Shown here one piece after another: positions 48,018 to 58,259 of a DNA stretch of 64,000 bases. The translations under genes were made by a program, and so were the position numbers. The stretch is taken from the NCBI GenBank assembly GCA_028715785.1, contig JAQURC010000007.1:22884-86883 (forward strand), written 5' to 3'. The notes under the pieces are model-generated. The model worked only from the letters and a program-made list of their open reading frames with translations, searched no databases and was not told the DNA's origin. This DNA comes from Candidatus Omnitrophota bacterium (lineage in GTDB: Bacteria; Omnitrophota; Gorgyraeia; Gygaellales; Profunditerraquicolaceae). The number at the start of each line of letters is the position of its first letter. Within the stretch, counting starts at the first letter, position 1.

Positions 48018-48939
48018 AGAATTATACTGCCCCCTATTAACAGAAAGGGTATTTTAAGCCAGATCGCCCGGACTCAATACTACCAGTGGCGCGATCAATT
48101 GCTTAAGCATGGAAAATCAGCTTTTGAAACCAAAGACGCCACTAAAAAAGAACAGCACTTGGAACTTGAAAACCAAAAGCTTAAACGGATAATCGGTGAC
48201 TTAACCGTTGAGCTTAAAAAAAACGAATTTTAACCATGAAAAGAGCAAAATCTCAAAGCGTTATAGAACGCAATCAAGCGCTGCTTACGCAAATTCAGGA
48301 GATCAAGACCGACCATCCCCTCTGGGGCTACCGTAGAATCTGGTTATACCTGAAATACCGCCAAGGCATACCGGTGAATAAGAAACGCATCTACCGCCTG
48401 ATGAAAGAACAAAACTTAATCGTTACCCCCAACGCCAGACTTAAAGCTAAACGCGGCCCTCTTCGTCCCAAGCCGCATGCCGAGCGGCCCAATCACTTCC
48501 GGGGTATTGATATGACTAAGATCAAGATGGCCGGCTGGGGATGGCTGTATCTTACTGTGGTTCTTGACTGGTACACCAAGGAGATTGTCGGCTATCATCT
48601 TGGGTTACAGCCTAAAACCGAAGACTGGCTGAAAGCCTTGTACCAGGCCGTCAGTCGACATCGCAGAGATTTATGATGAATTGCGCTTGTTTGGGTATTA
48701 AGCAGATATTTACCACCTGGAGCAACCCTAAAGGCAATTTCGATACCGAACGCGTCATGCGCACGATCAAAGAAGATATTGTCTGGTGCTATGACTGGGA
48801 TAACCCGTTTGATTTTGAAATCGCACTCAACAAATGGATAGACAATTATAACACGGATTACCCGCATCAGGCATTAAACAACCTGACGCCAAAACAGTAC
48901 TGCGAAACTTATTTCAACAAAGAGCCGGTTCTAACTTGA
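48018..48939 (+). mobile_element. Decayed IS3-family insertion sequence (5'-truncated orfA, frameshifted/internally deleted orfB)
   Basis: The orfA fragment at 48018-48230 encodes only ...ILSQIARTQYYQWRDQLLKHGKSAFETKDATKKEQHLELENQKLKRIIGDLTVELKKNEF, an IS3 OrfA C-half, and ends in an A7 slippery tract. The orfB integrase-core is split into 48236-48676 and 48673-48939, and about 25 aa are missing around the HSDxGSQY region. No intact terminal inverted repeats were found. Confidence 0.8.
48236..48939 (+). pseudogene. IS3-family transposase OrfB (rve integrase core), disrupted
   Basis: Two consecutive ORFs in different frames: LWGYRRIWLYLKYRQGIPVNKKRIYRLMKEQNL...WLYLTVVLDWYTKEIVGYHL, then ...GIKQIFTTWSNPKGNFDTERVMRTIKEDIV...YPHQALNNLTPKQY. 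The DDE middle is deleted. Confidence 0.8.
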
Positions 48940-49041
48940 AAACCCCTTGACTAATGGGGAGTATTACAACAGCTTTATGGACATCTGTATACGGCTTATA
49001 AACAGGTCAATATCATCTTTGATTAAAACATCAATAAATTA

Positions 49042-50494
49042 CTATTTAAGATCAAAAAAGATAAGATTATTATAGGTGAAATATGTGTATCTACTTGATA
49101 GAAACTTTACCAAGCCTGTATTTTCTTCCTGAGGAATAACTATCATAAGTGATAATTTCTTGACAGCGTTGATTTTTTCAAATTCTTCTATACTTTTGAT
49201 AACCGTGTATTTTCTATCTACATACCAACTCGTTGGGACTGAAATTCTAAAACTTACTCCTATTTCTTCATTGGGCATAGATACTGAATTAATCTTAACC
49301 GCAATCTTGTGACTTATATCAAATTTAAAAGAATGCAAAGAGAGAAAGTTAAGATAAGACTGTATAAGAAATAAAATGATAAAACTTAAAATAAGAATTT
49401 GAGATATTCTTTTGTTATGCAAAATTTTTTCCAGTGATAATAACCCTACTGCAGAAACGATAGAAAAAAATGGAAGAAAATAGTAGAGTTGATAATCATG
49501 CTCCCAGGCTCCCTCTCGAAACAAAAAAACATTTACTAAAGGCAAACTGAGAAAAATAATGATCAAACTTTTTCCCCAAGATAGATTTAAACTTCTTTTT
49601 ACAGCAAAAAAAAATAATGCCCCATAAAGCAAGAAAGGAAATGACAGGTGTAAATAAAAACTTGATCCGGTTACTTTCTAATAGTAAAAATTCCGTCCAA
49701 GTAAATTGATGGATTTTATTTGGACCAAAACGACTAATAATTGAATTAATATTATCGCTTAACGACCCTTTTATGGAATAAATCCAAAAGATATAAATAA
49801 GTGCGAATATCGCGGGCAACAAAGAAAACATAACAATTGGCCTTTTATCCTTAATATTTTTATAACCGAAAATTAAATAATGAATTAACAGAAGTATCGA
49901 AAAATAGAAAGTCGCCCATGCAGTCAAATAGGCTAATATAAAGCTGGCTATTATTCCTACTAGGTATAAAATTTTTCTTTTATCCAGGTATTTTAGATAT
50001 AGAAGCATTATTAAAAAATAAAGGAATAAAAAAACAGGTTCGTGGTTTGCCATTCTTCCATAATAGATAAACATCGGGGTAAAACCCAAAAAAACTAAAG
50101 ATAACAAAGCAATAATTTTATCTTTGTAAGATCTAACAATTAGATAAAATAAAATTAGTGCCAACACAGAAAATATAATAGGAACTATCCTGGCGCTCCA
50201 TTCATGGATACCAAATAATTTAAAACTGATGGCTACAAAATAAGCGACCATAGGAGGATGATGGAGATAGTAATCAAAATTCTGCGGGGCTACGCTACCC
50301 ATATCCCACGTAGGAGACATTTTTGTTTTTAAAAACCCAAAGGTGAGGAAATTCTTTGCAAATCTACTGTACACCGTACCATTAAAATCAAACAAACCTA
50401 CCCATGGCTGGCTTATTTCATAACATAACCCTATAGTAACTATGATAATTATTACTAGAATTAATATTACTTCTTTATGTTTCATCAGTAACAA
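49042..50494 (-). CDS. GT-C fold glycosyltransferase (family 39/ArnT/PMT-like), reading frame broken by a homopolymer tract
   Basis: Two overlapping ORFs, 49496-50494 (332 aa, polytopic) and 49042-49632 (196 aa), both hydrophobic across the overlap. An A9/T9 run at 49606-49614 and an A7 run at 49523-49529 lie in the overlap. The joined length of about 520 aa matches ArnT-like enzymes. Confidence 0.65.
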
Positions 50495-50606
50495 TACATT
50501 GGTTTTTCTTAGCGCACATTAATAATAAACCCGTCTCTGAATGGAAAGCGGGTTTAGAAAATTTAAAACCTAAGATAAATTGATACAATTATACTTTAAT
50601 TCCAAA

Positions 50607-52859
50607 TTATAAATCTCCTGGATCATACGGAACGTTGGAAATTTTCAACCCATCACATAGAGTCGAATACGTTTCATTAAAAGTCCCCGATATGTTTAGT
50701 GTATTCTGGTCAAAAAAACCAAAAGAATTAAAACTAATTCCCTCAATAGAAAGTCGAGTCCAGGAAGTTAGCGTATGGCTATTATATCCAATACCTTCAC
50801 CGGAAATCCTTGCAGTATCAAGACTGACCACTACACTTTCAGATGGATAAGAAGTCATGTTTTGCTGGAAGAACCACGCACTACCCGGATTATAGGGAGA
50901 ACTTTTAGGCAGAGTAAGTATATAACCTTCAGAATTCACTGCAGCATAAAGATGATGTGCATTCAATGTTGAATGAGCAAAACTATATGCAATACTCAAT
51001 CGCACCTGACTTAAGGATATTGTAATATTTTCACTAATTGATGAGCTTGCAGAAAATGTGGGCGCTTCTCCTCTCTCTTCAGTATTAAACTGACCACCAT
51101 ATACAGCTGCATGAAGCATTGTACTAACTCCCCTGAACACTCCAGGAAATGTTATAGAATCACCTAAATAATATGACCCTCTCCAAGTACCCCAAATCCC
51201 TACGCCGGAATCATCCCACCAGCCACAAGTATAATTTTCTGTTTTACTTTTCCTATCAGAAATACTACCGCTTATTAAGGCACCTGCATCTATTGAAGTC
51301 CTCGTAAATGTAAATGTTAGTTCTTGTGTTGTTTCTCCAATAACATCTATATTTTGTTCCAAAACCATGCCGTTGAACTTCGCTTTAATTGTATGGTTAC
51401 CTGAGGGAATCGATATAGGCTTGCCATGAGTAGCGGCATCATAGGCCCCGGAACCAATTAAAACATCGCCATCATATATCCCAACGCTGCCTTGACCCAG
51501 CCCTTTTATGCTCCCGATCTCCTTGCCTTCCGGATTATGGCAATGGACAATGATGTTAGCGCTTGACTGGGCCGTTACTTTGACCCAGAATACCTTTATA
51601 ACTGAAGCCAGGCCGGCGGGGTTCTTGATCTGGCAGGAAACCTTGTAGGTGCCTTCTCCCGGGAAGGCAATGGCCTGGTCAAACTCTGCTACCGGTGAAT
51701 CGGGGTTATTGGGGATCCAGAGGCCTGAGGGTTCAAGCAGGCTGGTTTGCACAGGCATAGTATAACCATCGCTCTGCCTGATAATAGTCATATTCAGAAC
51801 GCTGTCCGCCGGAAGATATTCCTTGTAAACCTTGCCTTTGATTGAGATTGAGTTGGTGTTGATTTCGGTAGTAGAATCTGCCTGAGGATTATCCAGAGTA
51901 AATTCGGGAGGGGTGGAGTCGAGGAAGGCGAGGATTTTATTATCGGTTTCTTCTGAGGCTATTTTAGGCTCTCGCCAATGGTTAGCGTATATCTGTGAGG
52001 ACTGTTTCAAAGAAACATAGCTGGTCCCTAACTGACTAACTTTTGAAACTAGCGAATCTCCACCTTTCCAATCTTTAAACAAAAACCAGTTAGCTAAATT
52101 ACCATCTATACCAATTATTCCGTAATAATTTATGGTTGAGGATTGACCAACTTTATTTAGCTTATCTATAAAACCACTTCCTCCAGGGCTATTATCCAAA
52201 TCATCGATTGCTTCTCCGTTAATATCTATAGAGAATGCATTAGTATATAAATCGACATTATCTCTTACAAAAGACATTACGCTGCTTACTGGCACCAAAG
52301 TTAACCAACCAAGTTTCGGTATCTTTGATAGTGCATTTGCCGACTCAGCCAAAGGGGAACCTAAATTTGGCACTCCTATTAAAATTATTTTTTCTGTGAA
52401 GTTAGAAGAATAATTAGCTAAATACCATCTTGCTGCTAAACCACCCATGCTGTGGCAGACTAGATTTAATTTAGTCGCATAGTTACCGTATTTCGTTGTA
52501 GATAATAATTCATTTACTTTATCTTGTAATTTATCAGACCAACCTTTGGAATTACCTTGAGGATTTAGTTTTCCGGAATCATAAGTATCAACCGAGCCAT
52601 TGGGATCTTGAAAGTCTATAGTTTCTATATAACTATAAGTATTGAGATATTTGGAAAAGTATTTGGCTAATGATGTTCTAGCAGTATCCCAGCTTCCAGA
52701 ACCACCGGTTGCAAAACCATGTAAAAAAAGTACTGGACGAGGCTTGTATGCTTTAGAATCATTCCAGCTGGGGAGGACTCCGGCAAAGCAACTCTGCGTT
52801 GAAAATAAAACAAGTATGGTGACAAAGAAAAAAATAAAACGTTTATTTCTTTTGGTCAT
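50607..52859 (-). CDS. secreted alpha/beta-hydrolase (lipase/esterase-like, GHSMGG nucleophile elbow) with large beta-rich C-terminal region
   Basis: 750 aa with a signal peptide, LFLHGFATGG, and VCHSMGGLAARW (GxSxG). It sits next to the T2SS genes, so it is a probable T2SS cargo. Confidence 0.7.
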   Translation of the reverse strand: MTKRNKRFIFFFVTILVLFSTQSCFAGVLPSWNDSKAYKPRPVLFLHGFATGGSGSWDTARTSLAKYFSKYLNTYSYIETIDFQDPNGSVDTYDSGKLNPQGNSKGWSDKLQDKVNELLSTTKYGNYATKLNLVCHSMGGLAARWYLANYSSNFTEKIILIGVPNLGSPLAESANALSKIPKLGWLTLVPVSSVMSFVRDNVDLYTNAFSIDINGEAIDDLDNSPGGSGFIDKLNKVGQSSTINYYGIIGIDGNLANWFLFKDWKGGDSLVSKVSQLGTSYVSLKQSSQIYANHWREPKIASEETDNKILAFLDSTPPEFTLDNPQADSTTEINTNSISIKGKVYKEYLPADSVLNMTIIRQSDGYTMPVQTSLLEPSGLWIPNNPDSPVAEFDQAIAFPGEGTYKVSCQIKNPAGLASVIKVFWVKVTAQSSANIIVHCHNPEGKEIGSIKGLGQGSVGIYDGDVLIGSGAYDAATHGKPISIPSGNHTIKAKFNGMVLEQNIDVIGETTQELTFTFTRTSIDAGALISGSISDRKSKTENYTCGWWDDSGVGIWGTWRGSYYLGDSITFPGVFRGVSTMLHAAVYGGQFNTEERGEAPTFSASSSISENITISLSQVRLSIAYSFAHSTLNAHHLYAAVNSEGYILTLPKSSPYNPGSAWFFQQNMTSYPSESVVVSLDTARISGEGIGYNSHTLTSWTRLSIEGISFNSFGFFDQNTLNISGTFNETYSTLCDGLKISNVPYDPGDL

Positions 52860-53493
52860 TTTTAATAGGCTTAACGATTATTTCTTTTTTAACTAATTTA
52901 CCATTTTTGTAATACTCTCTTATATTTGGCTTACCATCATAGTCAGTATCGATTTCTTTTTTATAAACTTCACCGTTCTTATAGTATTCCCAAACATCAG
53001 GCTTGCCATCAAGATTAGCGTCATAGTCAACTTCAGTAAGCCTATCATAGATATCGTTATGAACCCACTTATGTGCTTTACCATCACCTACAGTATCAAC
53101 TGTTCCAACGTGCTCCTTCCCAGATTGTAACTCCCTTACGAATTGATTAACTGGTTGAAATAATAACACTCCAATTGCAAAACAAACAATACAAAAAATA
53201 ACGAAGACAATTTTAATTTGCTTATTAGTAAAATTTTTGGGTATCAAGAATTTAAAAACAACGTGAGCAACTAATCCTATAGCTCCAGCAATAATGATCC
53301 CGATTACAGCTATACCGCATAGCAAAAAATAACCTACTAAGATTAAAAAAGTCGGTAGAAGATAACTAAAGTTTTTCCAATCAAACATCATATTTACCAT
53401 CATTAATAAATAGACTAAAGAAAATCCTAAAAAATTAGATACCCCTATAATAATCGCCGCTTTAAGTGGCCTTATATTTTTATCCTCTTCCAT
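52843..53493 (-). CDS. membrane protein with C-terminal MORN_2/YwqK-like repeats
   Basis: 216 aa with 3-4 TM helices followed by repeats (KWVHNDIYDRLTEVDYDANLDGKPDVWEYYKNGEVYKKEIDTDYDGKPNIREYYKNGKL). Confidence 0.6.
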   Translation of the reverse strand: MEEDKNIRPLKAAIIIGVSNFLGFSLVYLLMMVNMMFDWKNFSYLLPTFLILVGYFLLCGIAVIGIIIAGAIGLVAHVVFKFLIPKNFTNKQIKIVFVIFCIVCFAIGVLLFQPVNQFVRELQSGKEHVGTVDTVGDGKAHKWVHNDIYDRLTEVDYDANLDGKPDVWEYYKNGEVYKKEIDTDYDGKPNIREYYKNGKLVKKEIIVKPIKNDQKK

Positions 53494-53503
53494 CTCTTCT
53501 CTC

Positions 53504-55084
53504 CTATTGTCTATTGGGGTCGAAAATATCGTCTGATAGATTTTGATTGATTTTCAAGTTGTTATAAATTAAAGTCGAGATCAATTTTCCAGAAGTTAAA
53601 TTCGGGTTCTTGGTCATCTTAACCGGCAGCCAAGCGCCATTAGGCAATTTTCGGAAGCCCACAGCAGCAGTTTCTTGAACTAACTCAAGGATATTGGCTT
53701 GGTTTATTCGATAAATTGAAAACTTAGTAATTAAACCTTTCTTATAATCGATTAAAATACCGAGTTTATCATAGATATTATTTTTCTCATTAGGACTGGC
53801 ATCTAAGGCAATGATCATATTATTGAAATCGGTGTTAAGGTCATTTCTTGAAACTGTATTCTTACTTAAAAAAAGTGTTTGGTTATAATGAAGGTCTAGC
53901 TGGCTAAACTCAGTTGAGCTAATCCCGGCATCAGCCAGTAAATCTACAGTCTGTTTTATATTTGCTATTGGGTTAATTAAATGCATATTAGTGCCGCTGA
54001 TTATGATAATGTCGTTTTTAACTTTTCTTGCAGCATCATTAAATGTCTCGGTCTTCTCCTTATTCGGGGCTTTGAAGTAGTAGCGGCAGTAATCGGTTGC
54101 TCCAAAGGGTTTTGCGTTTAAGGTCGAGGATAAAGTCATATTCGCGCTAAAGTCAGAGATTTTGGCATAGTTATCCGCTACTCTTTTTAAGACTTCCTGG
54201 GCAGTTGGGTCGATGATGCGTATAGAGATAGTTTTTGAGGTTAGATTGGAGTTTGAGTCTTTTACTTCACAAGTGATGCTTACAGCCCCCTTATCAGCTG
54301 GTGATGTCTGCCAAATATAGGTATTTGAAGACGACCAGGCTTGTTTTACAGTTCCGCCGATAGAAAACTGATACTGCAGGGGGTCATGATCGGGGCCAAA
54401 GGCATAGGCTTTAATATTGATCGCGGCTCCGGCTAAAAAGACAGAGTTATCTTTTGGAAGAATACGAGCTATCACGGGGGGCTTATTGCTTACAGTTATA
54501 TTCCAGGTTCCCTTCTGCACCCAGCCGCTGGAGGCATTGGCATTGTCTTTTACCGAAAGATAGGCCTTCTTGGCACCGATAGAGGCGGCCTTAAAGGTTA
54601 CCGCCCACTTAACGGTTAAGGTATTGCCTGAACCTGAAATTGTAGTTTTAGAGCAATCTAATTTAACATAGGAGTTTTCAATGATCCTGGCTGAACGGGG
54701 GGCGAATCCGCCTAACCAGGCGGTGTTAGCGTTATTGCGCAGGTAGAGCTTGTTTATAGAACGGTTGTAATAACCGTAGAAGCAGTTTGCTCCATTGGCC
54801 GAGGTATTAATAAGCAGATTGGCGGATTTGATATCTTGCCAGCCGTTGGCATCAGAATAAGTAGTGGTAAAGTTCACTGGCTGGTAAGGATTAGATGTCC
54901 CGCTTACAGGAGTAATGGTCCCGGCAGCAGGCTTGTAGTTTGCGGCAAAGGCGTTGGTTAGAAGTAAACAAAAAAATAGGAATAACCCTAAAAAGGTTAT
55001 TCCTTTAGCTGCTAGTTTTGTGTTCAGACAGGGCATTATTTGCTTCCTTGGCTGGCTTGCGGCAGATTGAAAGCAACTTAACAT
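53504..55084 (-). CDS. secreted protein with Ig-like N-region and LolA-like C-terminal domain
   Basis: 526 aa with a signal peptide (ITFLGLFLFFCLLLTNAFA, probable start at M17) and beta-rich repeats. The C-terminal ~200 aa resemble lipoprotein-carrier/LolA-like folds. Low-confidence domain call. Confidence 0.5.
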   Translation of the reverse strand: MLSCFQSAASQPRKQIMPCLNTKLAAKGITFLGLFLFFCLLLTNAFAANYKPAAGTITPVSGTSNPYQPVNFTTTYSDANGWQDIKSANLLINTSANGANCFYGYYNRSINKLYLRNNANTAWLGGFAPRSARIIENSYVKLDCSKTTISGSGNTLTVKWAVTFKAASIGAKKAYLSVKDNANASSGWVQKGTWNITVSNKPPVIARILPKDNSVFLAGAAINIKAYAFGPDHDPLQYQFSIGGTVKQAWSSSNTYIWQTSPADKGAVSITCEVKDSNSNLTSKTISIRIIDPTAQEVLKRVADNYAKISDFSANMTLSSTLNAKPFGATDYCRYYFKAPNKEKTETFNDAARKVKNDIIIISGTNMHLINPIANIKQTVDLLADAGISSTEFSQLDLHYNQTLFLSKNTVSRNDLNTDFNNMIIALDASPNEKNNIYDKLGILIDYKKGLITKFSIYRINQANILELVQETAAVGFRKLPNGAWLPVKMTKNPNLTSGKLISTLIYNNLKINQNLSDDIFDPNRQ

Positions 55085-55134
55085 ATAACTCTATAAATTG
55101 CAAGAATATTTTTCATGAGGCTAGATAGCCCGCT

Positions 55135-55674
55135 TTAGTTAGATAATGGAATCTGTGAGATGGTAAAGACGCCTTCAAGGGCTGCGGAATTACTCTTGGA
55201 CAGTAGTTGAAACTTTTTAATGCGTAGTATCCAAAGCGAATTTTCAATATCATAGATAAATTTAAGGTACCCCTCCATTGAACCTTCCGCCCTCATATCT
55301 ATAATTATTTCTTTATATGGCTGGCTTTTTGTTTTTGCTCCCTGCTGCGGACGCAGGTCGATAATGCGAATATCCGCGCTCTTGGCCAGATTCTGCAATT
55401 CAGATAAAACGACAACCAGAGAATCCTGCCTAAACTCAGGCAAACCAGAAACAGAATTGAATTTATCCGAATATTTTTTCTGAATCTTCTCCTTTTGACT
55501 CAACAAGGACATATATTTTCTTAATTTTACGCTGGTAACCGTAATCTCTTTATTCAGATTTGCGTATTTTGTCATCACAGGCGAGATTATAAAATTAAAA
55601 ATAAGGTTAAACAATATGAAACCTATGATCAGGTAAAGAATTGTCTTTTCTCTTTTTTTAAGTAGTCTGATCAT
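55135..55674 (-). CDS. gspM: T2SS protein M (GspM/PilO-like)
   Basis: 179 aa with one TM helix and a periplasmic ferredoxin-like domain. Directly downstream of gspL. Confidence 0.65.
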   Translation of the reverse strand: MIRLLKKREKTILYLIIGFILFNLIFNFIISPVMTKYANLNKEITVTSVKLRKYMSLLSQKEKIQKKYSDKFNSVSGLPEFRQDSLVVVLSELQNLAKSADIRIIDLRPQQGAKTKSQPYKEIIIDMRAEGSMEGYLKFIYDIENSLWILRIKKFQLLSKSNSAALEGVFTISQIPLSN

Positions 55675-57140
55675 TTCTTAGCGCCGCCTATTTCAAAATC
55701 AATTAATTCTCCTAGGGTTGACTTTTTATTCGAAGCGTATTTTACTTTAATCTCAAAACCTCTAAATACGGCGGATTTTTCAAGCTGGGTAACAAACTCA
55801 AAGACGTTATTCATCTGAGGCGTTTGGCCGCGTAAAACAATTTGACCGCTATCATCATAACTAAAACTGGTCAAAACAACCTCTGCCGGAATAATTTGAT
55901 GTAACTCATATAGAATATCCAAAGCGGACGGTTTTTTCTGATGGCTCTTTTCCACAAACTCAATACGCTCCTGAAGCTCTCCTATCGAACGGGCATCTTT
56001 CTCAACATTGCTCAGTTCTGCCTTGATATACCCCAGAAACCTCGCTTTATTATCTATATTCTTTAATATTCCCAAGGCAAATATTATTACTATACATGAT
56101 AAAAAATACACCATCCGAAGCTTCTCTCTTGCTTTAATGCTATTTCTTTTTTGGCTTCTTATTCCCGGAGGCAGAAGGCTAAGCGATTCGGGGATACTTT
56201 TCAATCCCAGCCCTACGAGATTAGCATAAGACCCGCTTGGACCAGAAACCTGATTCAATAAAGCTTGAGGAAAAGATAATCTTTGCCAATAAGGGAATAC
56301 CTCAACCGGAATAATTGTTTGTTGCTTTACTATTTCCGATAAGCCCTGAAAATTATCCGGCGAGCCAAATATTACGATTTTCTCAGCATCTTTATAGGAG
56401 GTATCTTTCAGGTAGGCATTTCTGGTTTTACTTATCTCTCCTGCAATTATATTCTCCCACCCGGGGAGATTTCGTGAAACCTTAAATGAACGGCTAAAAA
56501 AGAAATTATCTTTATCAACAATAGCAATCTCCGCCTGGTCGGTATCAATGTCAATAAGTATCGCAGAACTATTTATTTGAGGATTTACAGTATAATATAA
56601 ATTTAGCAGCCCTATTGAGCTGAGGAAAAGAGAATAATTCTTAACGTTTAATTTCTTGAAGATCTTGATATAATCTTCAATTATATCTCTATGCGCGATA
56701 AATAAATTAATATGCGTGTATCCATCTTTGTCAATTAAAATAGGCTGGTAAGCGGTAATTAATTCATTTGCCTGATATGGCAGATAACGCGGCGCCTGCA
56801 GGCTGGCAATCTGATCTACCTCAACGGGTATTTTACTGGGTATTTTTAAGTAACGGCAGGTTGCTTGCGCGCGAGGTAAAGAAGCGATTAAAAGATTGCC
56901 CCTAAAATCCAGCTCTTTAAGGATCCGGCCCAAGTTAAAAGATAAAGTTTCTTTATCCGCTAAAGCAGAGGACTCCTGCGTCTTGGCTTCTAAGAATTCT
57001 ACTCTTCTGGCAATAGTATGGGCGCACTTTATTACCCTTAATTTGGTTTCGCTAAGCTGACAGATAAAAAATATATCCACCTTTCTAATAGGTTTGCGGT
57101 TAGCCCGAAAAAACTTATCTTTTATAATTTTATACAACAT
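55671..57140 (-). CDS. gspL: T2SS protein L (cytoplasmic actin-like domain, TM, periplasmic domain; PilM-PilN-fusion-like)
   Basis: 489 aa with an N-terminal PilM/GspL actin-like domain, a central TM (MVYFLSCIVIIFALGIL) and a C-terminal periplasmic domain. Confidence 0.7.
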   Translation of the reverse strand: MLYKIIKDKFFRANRKPIRKVDIFFICQLSETKLRVIKCAHTIARRVEFLEAKTQESSALADKETLSFNLGRILKELDFRGNLLIASLPRAQATCRYLKIPSKIPVEVDQIASLQAPRYLPYQANELITAYQPILIDKDGYTHINLFIAHRDIIEDYIKIFKKLNVKNYSLFLSSIGLLNLYYTVNPQINSSAILIDIDTDQAEIAIVDKDNFFFSRSFKVSRNLPGWENIIAGEISKTRNAYLKDTSYKDAEKIVIFGSPDNFQGLSEIVKQQTIIPVEVFPYWQRLSFPQALLNQVSGPSGSYANLVGLGLKSIPESLSLLPPGIRSQKRNSIKAREKLRMVYFLSCIVIIFALGILKNIDNKARFLGYIKAELSNVEKDARSIGELQERIEFVEKSHQKKPSALDILYELHQIIPAEVVLTSFSYDDSGQIVLRGQTPQMNNVFEFVTQLEKSAVFRGFEIKVKYASNKKSTLGELIDFEIGGAKK

Positions 57141-57176
57141 AGTATTATTGTATCTGCGTTTTTTACCTATCTCAAG

Positions 57177-58259
57177 TTAATTCTCATGCCAATAGATAAT
57201 TTTATTCACGGGAGAACGGCTAAAAACACAAGTTATTGTTTTTGATATAGTTTTGCCGGTAATTTCACCTGTGGAATTTATACGGAAATTATTTGATTTA
57301 AAAGTAATTATTTCAGTTAATTTATTTAAAACATTTTTTTCTTCTGAGCTTAAGTTATTAGGAACGGAAACGCTGCTTAAGGCGCCCGAATTCTCAAAAG
57401 GAGTATCTTTCCTAATTGTAGAAATTAAATTTACAAGATTCTGTGAGTCAGGCCTCACAGTTATTGCGCCATTATTAATACACTCATCTATGCAGGAGTT
57501 GATCAAAATTCCCAATATTTCTTCACTGGCGGTATTTATATTTACTCTTCCATCTCCATAAACAGTAATTAAATCTTTTATTTTTTCGTATATCTCTTTT
57601 GCTTTTAGAGAAGGGCTGTTTTCATCTTTATAAAAAAATTCCAATATTGGCAGGAGCTCTTGGACAGTCTCAAGATCACTATTCTTGAATATTTGGCCAG
57701 GGTCTTCATCCTTATTATTTATTGCCGGGTTAATCCATTTTATCACTAAATTTTTTAAACCATCGGCATCTGTAACTCCAGCAAAATAAAATAATTTTGT
57801 TAATATTAGTTGCCCTAAGGGTTGCGATATTGGATCAGCAACAGCTTTATTTATATTGATTTTTCTCTCCTCGTCCATCATACAAAGATATTTTTTATCA
57901 TCATAAGGGTAATGCACGGTGAATTTCTCACCGGAGCCATCTCTTATCTCCACATTTTCAAAAAGCGGCTCGCTTGTTAATGGATCAACACCGGTGCTCC
58001 AAATACTTTTAAAACTATTATAAAAAGGGCTGGCAGATGCATCTTCCTTTAATTGCTGTATCGCCTGATTTATTCCTGCTTTAGCTAAATAAGATGCTTT
58101 TAGGCTGTCTCTTTGATACACACAGAGCCTTAGGGCAATTGAGCTGCGATGGCCCAAACTTACAGCCAGGATAACTAAAATTAACAATACCCATGAACTA
58201 ATTAATAATATGGATCCCTTTTTATTTTGCATAGAGCGGTATCGTCTTGTTAAATTCAA
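57177..58259 (-). CDS. gspK: T2SS minor pseudopilin K
   Basis: 360 aa with an N-terminal hydrophobic segment and the GspK-typical helix-hairpin-helix (VNINTASEEILGIL). Confidence 0.75.
   Translation of the reverse strand: MNLTRRYRSMQNKKGSILLISSWVLLILVILAVSLGHRSSIALRLCVYQRDSLKASYLAKAGINQAIQQLKEDASASPFYNSFKSIWSTGVDPLTSEPLFENVEIRDGSGEKFTVHYPYDDKKYLCMMDEERKININKAVADPISQPLGQLILTKLFYFAGVTDADGLKNLVIKWINPAINNKDEDPGQIFKNSDLETVQELLPILEFFYKDENSPSLKAKEIYEKIKDLITVYGDGRVNINTASEEILGILINSCIDECINNGAITVRPDSQNLVNLISTIRKDTPFENSGALSSVSVPNNLSSEEKNVLNKLTEIITFKSNNFRINSTGEITGKTISKTITCVFSRSPVNKIIYWHEN

Noticed and set aside
50527-50555. Hairpin AAACCCG-15nt-CGGGUUU downstream of the lipase gene, considered as a terminator
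   Set aside because: The stem is only 7 bp, 3 of them A-U, the loop is 15 nt and there is no clean U-tract. It is too weak to call.
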